Under the pieces are notes generated by a model, which had not been told where the DNA came from, did not search any database, and saw only the letters and a program-made list of their open reading frames with translations. This document shows positions 26,701-36,177 of a stretch of 64,000 bases of DNA, piece after piece; position 1 is the stretch's first letter, and each line of letters begins with the position of its first letter. This DNA comes from Yuukianura sp. NJ FZ-2021. Lineage: Eukaryota. The stretch covers positions 248,001-312,000 of the forward strand of contig CM102289.1 in NCBI GenBank assembly GCA_046563655.1, given 5' to 3'. A program made the translations under genes and the position numbers.

Positions 26701-26829
26701 ATTTGCTTGAGATTCTACGAATCTGGAATCTCGTTCCGACAGGTTACGGATTTGTGCAAGACCTACTGCGAAGTTCCCGAGTTCAAGAAAGTCACGCGAG
26801 TCTTTGTTGACTGGGTCGAAGTCGTCTAA
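11764..26829 (+). CDS. Giant (~3000 aa) uncharacterised protein with 12 tandem ~235-aa repeats, ~39 coding exons
   Basis: Phase-compatible GT-AG exons. Each repeat starts (L/V/M)PFxxxPxxF(W/F)xxAIxTxYG and contains DFK, DxxRxG, WxxLxxEY, FYxKYIxxF(Y/F)PA and FPP motifs. Strong codon bias (TTC/ATC/AAG/GGA/CCA). No signal peptide; in-frame stop upstream of ATG 11764; TAA at 26827-26829. Confidence 0.85.
14569..14967. mobile_element. Non-autonomous hAT-type MITE in an intron
   Basis: TIRs cagtgttggtgga ... tccaccaacactg; perfect 8-bp TSD gaaggaag at 14561-14568 and 14968-14975; internal tggatatcca palindromes. Confidence 0.9.
14986..15068 (+). pseudogene. tRNA-Gly(GCC)-like pseudogene / tRNA-derived SINE
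   Basis: gtatggaggtagttcagtggtgagagc...ccgccacggg...gggtcgaatcg...tccacgca plus T-run: A box, GCC loop, degenerate B box, imperfect acceptor stem. Confidence 0.55.
17456..17585 (+). mobile_element. MITE-end remnants (TACCGTATTT...TATAAGACGC family); related copies at ~19526-19571 and ~20690-20890
   Basis: Recurring ccgtatttcct...tataacacgca...gtataagacgca motif in several introns of the giant gene; the 20690-20890 copy has inverted ends. Confidence 0.55.
18793..18940 (+). repeat. Coding 39-bp repeat (KSPPHKDKSPGRD) x ~3.7 in the linker between repeats 5 and 6
   Basis: Identical copies of aaatctccaccccataaagacaaatcacccggcagagac. Confidence 0.95.
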
Positions 26830-27219
26830 AGCCTAAAACACAACGGAATCTACTGGACACGGACATGATCACGAAATACTCTCAAAACAAACCCATGATA
26901 TCAAAATTCAAAGTTTAAATAAATTGGCAGTCGCAACTTACTTGTCTCCTTGTCTTTCCCCATTTAATTATTTAACAGTTGAACCCATGGCCACAGAATG
27001 CATTAGAAAAGCTCAGAAAATGCTTTACTTTAGAAAATCGGACATCAACTTTTTCAAAATTTGGACAAGAGGGTACCTTTTAGAATTTCTAAAAATACTC
27101 CATATTTTTGTGAGTTCAGCGAAGAGTTGGCCTCTCTAGGATGCCCACATTCGAAGGCGAAAAAGGGTGAAGAGTGAAAAGTTGTTGGACTTGCATATTT
27201 TTGTACAATTTCAATTTTA

Positions 27220-27454
27220 GAATTTTGGGGGTTTGGAGTTGGGATGGTCCCTCCATGCATTTTTGCCATTGCCACCCACTCCCTCCCCCAACATCCAACT
27301 CCAAAAGAGTAAAACACTCCTTCATTCTACTCCTCTCGTCTTCATATAAAAGGGAAGCTCACCAATTTCTTCTCATTCACTTTGTGGTGTCGTTCGAGAG
27401 ATGAAGGAAGAGGAGACACAGTTTCCTTATGTGAACAAACAAGATCTGTTTCTT
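27220..27454 (+). repeat. Dispersed TATA/Inr-bearing repeat (copy 2)
   Basis: ...tcttcatataaaagggaagctcaccaatttcttctcattcac...; inverted homolog of 7561-7795. Confidence 0.85.
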
Positions 27455-27561
27455 CTTCACTTATTTTTAATTGCTATCTCCAATTAACTCTTATTTTAGT
27501 TAAATAATCAAAAGATCCAGGGGATCGATGCATCAAAACATTGTCATTTTGAATTGACGAT

Positions 27562-27725
27562 GTTGGGGGTTTGGAGTTGGGATGGTCCCCACATGCATTT
27601 CTTCCATTGCCACCTCACACTGTTCACCACCCCTAACTCCAAAAGAGTAAAATCCAAAGGAATCCTACTCCTTCCCTCGCCATATAAAAGCAAAGCTCAC
27701 CAAATTCCTTTCCTTCACTCACGTC
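27562..27725 (+). repeat. Dispersed TATA/Inr-bearing repeat (diverged copy 3)
   Basis: gtttggagttgggatggtccc...ctccaaaagagtaaaa...catataaaagcaaagctcaccaaatt...ttcactc. Confidence 0.8.
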
Positions 27726-28971
27726 TCTGTCTTGGAAGGGGAGAGGAAGGGTTTTTGTGTTTGAGAGATGGCGCTGCAGAGAGAGGGTGACTGGTGTTGT
27801 GTGGGGCTTTTAGTGCAACCGACGTCTCCTTCATTTGCATTTTCTCCCTCCTTCCTGCCGCATTCGTCTCCTCTTCGTCGCCACTTTTGTTCCTCTGTCT
27901 TCAGCTGTATCCTCCCGCAAGTAAAGTGTCCGTTACTTTAATTCTAGTTTAATTAACGTTCATCGATTAACCATTGTTGTTAGTTAGTCATAATCTCATG
28001 ACCATACAAAGTGTCAACTACAGGTAACAACTAACAACTAAAGGAACCAAAAGTCATAAGGTCTAACGGTCAATGTTTGTTGCTTTTAGTTGGGAATGGG
28101 GTTTTCTAAAAATGGACACCCACATCATCACCTTCCGCATCGGCATCACCTCTTCCAAATCTTTTGATCCTGCATCTCTATTCTCCATTTCAGTCGTCGT
28201 TCCTCTTGTGCAAACTTTGGCGACGAATCATTCCCACCTCTCCATTTCTACTACTTCCATCGTTGCTCAACTACTTGGAAGGTAGGACGCGAAGCACTTT
28301 TCACATTCCACTTTCCACATTTTGATAACAAGGTAAGGAACGCTCTTTTTCATTACTTCTGGTTGGCATTTAGTCTTTTGTTTGGGCTTCAATTGGTCAT
28401 AGTGAGAACCGTTGAGGTCAAACGTAGTTCAAAGGTCAGGTCACTTGGACAAACGTAATTCGGAAGGGAGGGACTTTAACTTTACCGGGGTTCAGTCCTT
28501 ACATGAGGTGCTAAAAATGGAATTGAGATGCTGGGAAGACAAATGGCCCAACACTTGCCATCTTTGTATCTGTCAGTGTTTATATTCCATCTTCATTTCT
28601 TTAGACTCAATCAATTCAGTTCCAGTGCAGGGTGACACTGGATTCATTTACCTAACTTACACTTCCAAGATAGCTAAGAGATTCTTCTCAAAAAACTCAC
28701 GCATTCCACAGCATCTCGATTCCAAAGTTATTTTATGATTCTGATCCCACGTTATTTTTGTTTTGGTTTTAGATAAGATGCTATAATTCTATTTTTGCCT
28801 AAGTATTTTAAAGTTCAACTGAAGTTATGTACTTTTGTTTTTGTTTAGAAGGAGTAGTGTGGCTATGGTGGACTCTGCCTCACTATTTTTAGCTCAGCCG
28901 TAGGGACTAGTCGGGAGTAGTATTTGGGAGGGGAAATAGCTTAAAAATGACCAAATATCAGAAACGGTTTG

Positions 28972-29610
28972 GTTTTTGAATTTTTAGGGGGATTTAAAAA
29001 GTTCTTTTAAAAACAACTTTTCTCTAGAAAAACTTTAAAAAAAAAAATTTAAATTACTTCTCAAACGCTGCTTTTTGAATTTTTAGTGGGGGATTTAAAA
29101 AGTTCTTTTAAGAACAACTTTTCTCTAGGAAAACTTTTTTAAATTTTTAATTACTTCTCAAATGTTGCTTTTTGAATTTTTAGTGAGGGATTTTAAAAGT
29201 TCTTTGAAAAACAACTTTTCTCTAGAAAAAGTTTTTTTTTTAAATTTTAAATTACTTCTCAAACGTTGCTTTTTGAATTTTTAGTGGGGGATTTAAAAAG
29301 TTCTTTTAAAAACAAGTTTTCTCAAAAAAAACTTTTTTTTTTTTAAATTTTAAATTACTTCTCAAACGTTGCTTTTTGAATTTTTAGTGAGGGATTTAAA
29401 AAGTCCTTTTACGAACAACTTTTCTCTAGAGAAACGTATTTTAAAAAAAAATTTAGTTACTTCTTAAACGTTGCATTTCGAATTTTTGGGGATTTAAAAA
29501 GTTCTTTTAAAAACAACTTTTTTCTAGAAAACTTTTTTAAAAAAATTTTAAATTACTTCTCAAACGTTGCTTTTTTGTATTTTTAGTGGGGGATTTAAAA
29601 AGTTCTTTCC
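28972..29610. repeat. Satellite A, ~115-bp unit x ~5.5
   Basis: ttttgaatttttagtgggggatttaaaaagttcttttaaaaacaacttttctctagaaaa...ttacttctcaaacgttgc repeated. Confidence 0.9.
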
Positions 29611-31255
29611 TTTCAAATATTTAATCCTTATTTCTAGGCTTCGAATCATTCGCAACTTTTTATCATTTCAAATATTTAATCCTTACTTTTATGCTTCAAT
29701 CCTTCGCAACTTTTTATCTTTTCAAATATTTAATCCTTAGTTTTAAGCATCGAATCCTTCGCAATTTTCTATCCTTTTAACCATTAAATTCTTAGTTGTA
29801 AGCTTCGAATCCTTCGCCACTTTCTATCTTTTTAACCATTAAATTCTTAGTTCTAAGCTTCGAATCCTTCGCCACCTTCTATCTTTTTAACCATTAAATT
29901 CTTAGTTCTAAGCTTCGAATCCTTCGCCACCTTCTATCTTTTTAACCATTAAATTCTTAGTCCTAAGCTTCGAATGCTTCGCCACTTTCTATCTTTTTAA
30001 CCACTAAATTCGTAGTTCTAAGCTTCGAATCCTTCGCCACCTTCTATCTTTTTAACCATTAAATTCTTAGTCCTAAGCTTCGAATGCTTCGCCACTTTCT
30101 ATCTTTTTAACCACTAAATTCGTAGTTCTAAGCTTCGAATCCTTCGCCACTTTCTATCTCTTTAACCATTAAATTCTTAGTTCTAAGCTTCGAATCCTTC
30201 GCCACTTTCTTTCTTTTTAACCACTGAATTCTTAGTTCTAAGCTTCGAATCCTTCGCCACTTTCTATCTTGTTAACCACTGAATTCTTAGTTCTAAGCTT
30301 CGAATCCTTCGCCACCTTCTATCTTTTTAACCATTAAATTCTTAGTTCTAAGCTTCGAATCCTTCGCCACTTTCTATCTTTTTAACCATTAAATTCTTAG
30401 TCCTAAGCTTCGAATGCTTCGCCACTTTCTATCTTTTTAACCACTAAATTCGTAGTTCTAAGCTTCGAATCCTTCGCCACCTTCTATCTTTTTAACCATT
30501 AAATTCTTAGTCCAAAGCTTCGAATGCTTCGCCACTTTCTATCTTTTTAACCACTAAATTCGTAGTTCTAAGCTTCGAATCCCTCGCCGCTTTCTATCTC
30601 TTTAATCATTAAATTCTTAGTTCTAAGCTTCGAATCCTTCGCCACTTTCTATCTTTTTAACCACTGAATTCTTAGTTCTAAGCTTCGAATCCTTCGCAAC
30701 TATCTTTTTAACCATTAGATTCTTAGTTCCAAGCTTCGAATCCTTCGCAACTCTATCTTTTTAACAACTAAATTCGTAGTTCTAAGCTTCGAATCCTTCG
30801 CCACTATCTATCTCTTTAACCATTAAATTCTTAGTTCTGAGCTTCGAATCCTTCGCCACTTTCTATCTTTTTAACCACTAGATTCTTAGTTCTAAGCTTC
30901 GAATCCTTGGCAACTTTCTATCTTTTTAAACATTAGATTTTTAGTTCTAAGCTTCGAATCATTCGCAACTTTTTATCTTTTTAAATATTTAATCCTTACT
31001 TTTAAGCTTCGAATCCTTCGCAACTTTTTATCTTTTTAAATATTTAATCCTTACTTTTAAGCTTCGAATCCTTCGCAACTTTCTATCCTTTTAACCATTA
31101 AATTCTTAGTTGTAAGCTTCGAATCCTTCGCCACTTTCTATCTTTTTAACCACTAAATTCTTAGTTCTAAGCTCGAATCCTTTGCATCTTTCTATTTTTT
31201 TAAGCATTAAATTTTTAGTTCTAAGCTTCCAATCCTTTGATCTTTCTACCTTTCT
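29611..31255. repeat. Satellite B, 55-bp unit x ~30
   Basis: ccattaaattcttagttctaagcttcgaatccttcgccactttctatctttttaa; period 55 (29891 to 29946). Confidence 0.95.
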
Positions 31256-31480
31256 ATCTTTTAAGTATAAAATAGGTAATATTTTTCTTTTGAAATCTAC
31301 AAATTACTGAGGCCCCCTTCCTTTAAAGTATAAAATAGGTAATAGTTTTCTTCTAAAATCTACAAATTTCTGAGGCCCCTTCCTTTAAAGTACAAAATAG
31401 GTAATATTTTTCTTCTAAAATTTACGAATGACTCAGGCCTCTTTCCTTTAAAGTATACAATAAGTAATATTTTTCTTTTC
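31256..31480. repeat. Satellite C, ~62-bp unit x ~3.7
   Basis: cctttaaagtataaaataggtaatatttttcttctaaaatctacaaa...gaggcccctt. Confidence 0.85.
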
Positions 31481-31483
31481 CTA

Positions 31484-32756
31484 ACAAATTTTTTAAGTTT
31501 ATTATTCTCTGTTAAGGTGCAAATTCACATTCGGAGACAAATTTTTTAAAGAATTTATTATTCTCTGTTAAGGTGTAAATTCACATTCGGAGACAAATTT
31601 TTTAAAGAATTTATTATTCTCTGTTAAGGTGTAAATTCACATTCGGAGACAAATTTTTTAAAGAATTTATTATTCTCTGTTAAGGTGTAAATTCACATTC
31701 GGAGACAAATTTTTTAAAGAATTTATTATTCTCTGTTAAGGTGTAAATTCACATTCGGAGACAAATTTTTTAAAGAATTTATTATTCTCTGTTAAGGTGT
31801 AAATTCACATTCGGAGACAAATTTTTTAAAGAATTTATTATTCTCTGTTAAGGTGTAAATTCACATTCGGAGACAAATTTTTTAAAGAATTTATTATTCT
31901 CTGTTAAGGTGTAAATTCACATTCGGAGACAAATTTTTTAAAGAATTTATTATTCTCTGTTAAGGTGTAAATTCACATTCGGAGACAAATTTTTTAAAGA
32001 ATTTATTATTCTCTGTTAAGGTGTAAATTCACATTCGGAGACAAATTTTTTTAAAGAATTTATTATTCTCTGTTAAGGTGTAAATTCACATTCGGAGACA
32101 AATTTTTTAAAGAATTTATTATTCTCTGTTAAGGTGTAAATTCACATTCGGAGACAAATTTTTTTAAAGAATTTATTATTCTCTGTTAAGGTGTAAATTC
32201 ACATTCGGAGACAATTTTTTTTAAAGAATTTATTATTCTCTGTTAAGGTGTAAATTCACATTCGGAGACAAATTTTTTAAAGAATTTATTATTCTCTGTT
32301 AAGGTGTAAATTCACATTCGGAGACAAATTTTTTAAAGAATTTATTATTCTCTGTTAAGGTGTAAATTCACATTCGGAGACAAATTTTTTAAAGAATTTA
32401 TTATTCTCTGTTAAGGTGTAAATTCACATTCGGAGACAAATTTTTTAAAGAATTTATTATTCTCTGTTAAGGTGTAAATTCACATTCGGAGACAAATTTT
32501 TTTAAAGAATTTATTATTCTCTGTTAAGGTGTAAATTCACATTCGGAGACAAATTTTTTAAAGAATTTATTATTCTCTGTTAAGGTGTAAATTCACATTC
32601 GGAGACAAATTTTTTAAAGAATTTATTATTCTCTGTTAAGGTGTAAATTCACATTCGGAGACAAATTTTTTAAAGAATTTATTATTCTCTGTTAAGGTGT
32701 AAATTCACATTCGGAGACAAATTTTTTAAAGAATTTATTATTCTCTGTTAAGGTGT
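31484..32756. repeat. Satellite D, 56-bp unit x ~22, near-perfect
   Basis: caaattttttaaagaatttattattctctgttaaggtgtaaattcacattcggaga; variation is almost only in T-run length. Confidence 0.97.
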
Positions 32757-33080
32757 ATTTTGTCGATATTTTACTGATTGGCTTTTTTCGTTTCGGATAT
32801 TTGGTCATTTTGAAGTTTTTCCCCCTCCCTAATACCGCGCCCAACTATCCCTCCCGTCGGCTGAGCTAAAAATAGTGAGGCTGAGTTCCTCCCACCCACA
32901 CTACTGAAAGTGCTGCGATGAGCATTGGGAAGAGGTGCCGTTGCGGAAGTGAAGATTCGATCACGTGGCCTGACAGTGAAGCAATGGCCAACTTCCGGAA
33001 GAAGAAGGATGAACTGGAGTTGTACATGGAGAGAATGAACGAAGTCAAATGTAAGTCAATAAACCGGTTGTAAACCGCAC

Positions 33081-33900
33081 ATAAAAAAGTAGCTTTAGCG
33101 TTTAGGTGTTTTTTTTAAACAAACAGGACTAATCAGGCCCCAGTGGAAGTGGGGGCGGGTCCGGGTCCCCCCAGTTTCCCGCACCCCCCTCCCGAGGGAG
33201 TGGGGGTGTTTCGCCCACTTTCCCGCCACCCGAGGGGGAGTGCGGCAGTGTTTTCCCCACTTTCTCACCCCCCCCCCCCCCGATGCAAATGGGGGTGAGG
33301 TCAAGCAGAGATGTGAAGAGGTAGGATATGGATAAAGCAACAACAGAAGGAATGGGCACTGGACAGTGCATGGGTGTGTTGGTGAACTGCTGCGTAGTAC
33401 ATTTTTTGCTAAGCAGAAAACCAACTCCCATGCCATTTACCTTTCCAGTCCCACAAGCAGGGTTTTTATACCCACACTTCCTCCATCTAACAATTCACGT
33501 GAACTTTGAGATCGATTTTGACCCGGAATGAGGTCACTGACGGGAATGATTTTGCAAACTTGATCTCACCCGGGTCATTAGCTGTTAAATGGTGAAAACC
33601 GGAACGAAATCGATCCAGTAGTTTCCGAGATAATTGTGCGGATATTTTCACCTTTTTTCAATGGTGCTCCCTATGCCAAGACGGAAAACGCGATGACGGA
33701 CAGGCTTTTCTTACGGGGCAAGACGGAAAACGCAATGACAATGCTTTCTGCTATGCCAAGACGGAAAACGCAATGACAATGCTTTCTGCTATGCCAAGAC
33801 GGAAAACGCGATGACGGACCGGCTTTCCTTATGGGGACAAGACGGAAAACGTGATGACGGACAAAAACACATTTATAAAGTAGCTAAAGCTACTTAATAA
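33081..33900 (+). mobile_element. Helentron/DINE-1-like non-autonomous element (HINE-like)
   Basis: Subterminal IR aagtagctttagc (33087) / gctaaagctactt (33883); 3' hairpin aagtagct-aa-agctactt; internal tandem repeats of caagacggaaaacgc (33670-33862); gaaatcgatccagtagtttccgagat core. Confidence 0.55.
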
Positions 33901-34058
33901 TGTTCGTTCAGTATTCTTTAAAGAGTATCTTTGGTTGATTGACAGTTCCGGATGTGGTATGTGGTGAGTGCTTGATTGTTGATTCCTCCTCAATGTGTCT
34001 TTGGCCATGTCACTATTTGTGACAATATTTCCCTAGCCCTGAAAGGTTACAATTACTA

Positions 34059-35929
34059 CCTAGAGGCGCATTTGTTTTGGGAAGGGGGGGGAGAGATAAT
34101 TTTGAATCGAAAACAAAATCGCATGAGTGGTTCGCCGCCCCGCGATCCAATTCACAGGGTGCGCCAAATGTCAAATGACAATAAACTTTGAAAACGCGAA
34201 TTTTTCAACAAGTGATGAATTAAATTTACCATTTATTGGTTAGTATTAAATTTGTAACGATAAAATCACATCAGGTGCTCGAAATGGCCTCCATTTTCTT
34301 GGAGACAATGGTGGAGTCGCATATAAAACGATTGTCTTACGTTCTCCATCATTGTCGCTGTTATCTGTAACCTAAAAAATTACGAATTGCTCTCTTCAAG
34401 TCCATTGGAGTCTCAGGCCGTTTTGGAACAAAAATTTGCTGTCGCATGTAACCCCAGCCGAAATAATCGAGCGGCGCGAAGTCCGGACTCTAGCGGGCCA
34501 GAGGATCGGTCCGCCGCGCCCGATCCATCTCCCCGGGAACTCTTTGTTGAGCTCATCCCGCACCAAGCGCGACCAATGAGCTGGAGCCCCGTCTTGCTGG
34601 AACCAAATATCGGCGGGGTTAATTCCCTGTCGTTGAGCGGATCTGTAAATTTCCGGAAATGCTTCATTTTGAAGCATCGCAAGGTAGGAATTGGCGTTTA
34701 TGTTTCCAGGGAAAAAGAATGGCCCAATACGCTCATCGCCGAAAAATCCAGTCCAAATGTTTAGCTAAAAATTAAAAAAAAAAGTTTTGTCTCATTTTTG
34801 TTTTAATTTTTTTTCCAATTTTTCTTGCAACTATTTTTAAATTTTTTGTTTCAATTTTGTGTTTTCATTTTTTTTTTTCAATTTTTTGTTTCAATTTTTT
34901 GTTTTCAATTTTTCTTTTCAATTTTTTTTTCAATTTTTTTTTTAATTTTTTTCAATTTTTTTTCAATTTTAATTACCTTTGGAGCGCCCTGTGCTTTTAA
35001 CCCTTCACACCAGAGTGGGTTTTCTTTAGCCCAATAGCGGAAATTTTGCCGATTGAATTCGTCGTTAAGAAAAATTGTGGCCTCATCACTGAAGACAATC
35101 TTACGCAAAAAATTTCGATCTTGATTAATTCGGTCAATCATAATTTCAGCAAAGTCAATCCGTTTCTGATAATCGCCTTCGTGCAGTTGCTGATGAACTT
35201 GAAGCTTGTAAGATTTGTAGCTATTTTCTTTTAAAATCCGTCCCACAGATCTTTTCGAAATTCCAGAATCAAGAGACAATTGCCTGGTAGAAACATGCGG
35301 GTTAAGGTCAATTGCTGCCAATATGGATGCCGACAGGTTTTCATTTGTCGCTGGTTTCTTTTTTTCCTTGGCGATTTTGTTTGCGACGGATCCAGTTTTT
35401 TCAAATTTTTCCACGATTCGCTTCACATCTTCAGCTTTGGACATTGGATGATTAAAGGAGATTGGATCTCCATTGTAACGATGCATAATTTCCGTGAAAT
35501 TTTCGTTGGAGTACATGTAGCGGAGCTTAACAATAGCAACACGCTGCTCGATGGAGTAGGGTACACGCTTAGTCGCCTGTCAAATTAACGAAACACTTAT
35601 TGGTGTGGGTCGGGCTTAACGTAAATTTGTAATTCAACCTTACCATTTGAGAAGAATTGATGGAATGCAGGAATTTACTTTTCAGTTTTGAGTGTACGAT
35701 CCACGATCCAGGTACAATTTTTAAAAAACCCGCTTCGTTCAGTCTTTTAACTTAGTAAAACTTGTCAAATTAAGAATTAACTTAAGCTTGTGGAGGTCGG
35801 GAGCGGAATTGCATGATGGGATCGGCCGTTGGGCTCGTTGTCGGTTGCGCGCCTAACCATTCCCGCGCAAAAAGAGGGGGAGAGGGAAACTTCCTCTCCC
35901 CTCATTCCCAAAACAAATGCGCCTCTAGG
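34059..35929 (-). mobile_element. Tc1/mariner-superfamily DD41D (rosa) transposon, full length
   Basis: TIRs cctagaggcgcatttgttttggga ... tcccaaaacaaatgcgcctctagg; TA TSD at 34057-58 and 35930-31. Confidence 0.92.
34266..35646 (-). pseudogene. DD41D transposase with two introns and two apparent 1-bp frameshifts
   Basis: M/ATKRVPYSIEQR...HTH...IVFSDEA...RYWAKENP / LNIWTGFFG...WFQQDGAPAH...WIGRGGPILWPAR[fs]SPDFAPLDYFGWG...[fs]...GGHFEHLM*. There are 41 residues between the second and third Asp. Confidence 0.85.
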
Positions 35930-36177
35930 TACAAAGAGTAGTGTTGAGATGAGATACGATTTGTAGTTTATATTGAAGATCCTAAACTTTTCTTGCTCCC
36001 TCCCCCCGACTGCTTTATATTTTTGGACAGGAGTCAAAAGATTCGTAGAGAGGAGGGGACTTGGCATTAATACCTAAGCCAATTCTTGATTGAATTCCAT
36101 TTAAGTTTACTCAAAAGTTATTTAGTACAAAAGTTAATTAAACTGAACTGTCAACTAAACTGTCGTGTATAGTTAGG

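Larger units (their letters stand above)
28853..32905. mobile_element. 4-kb non-coding element with ~115-bp imperfect TIRs, filled with four tandem-repeat arrays
   Basis: Left end agtagtgtgg...cctcactatttttagctcagccg...aaaatgaccaaatatcagaaacg is the reverse complement of the right end (32789-32905). Possible 5-bp TSD gaagg/gaaag. Confidence 0.8.

Noticed and set aside
27768..28740. Protein-coding gene downstream of the TATA repeat
   Set aside because: No convincing phase-consistent ORF or recognisable motif
29611..32756. CRISPR-like regular arrays
   Set aside because: Whole units repeat with no unique spacers, there are no cas genes and the context is eukaryotic; these are satellites
28881..32877. 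CACTA or Transib element from the inner CACTA...TAGTG ends
   Set aside because: The flanks are inverted rather than direct repeats, and the inverted homology continues ~28 bp further out
33095..33531. ORFs over the G/C-rich tract
   Set aside because: They lie inside the Helentron-like repeat and show no protein motifs
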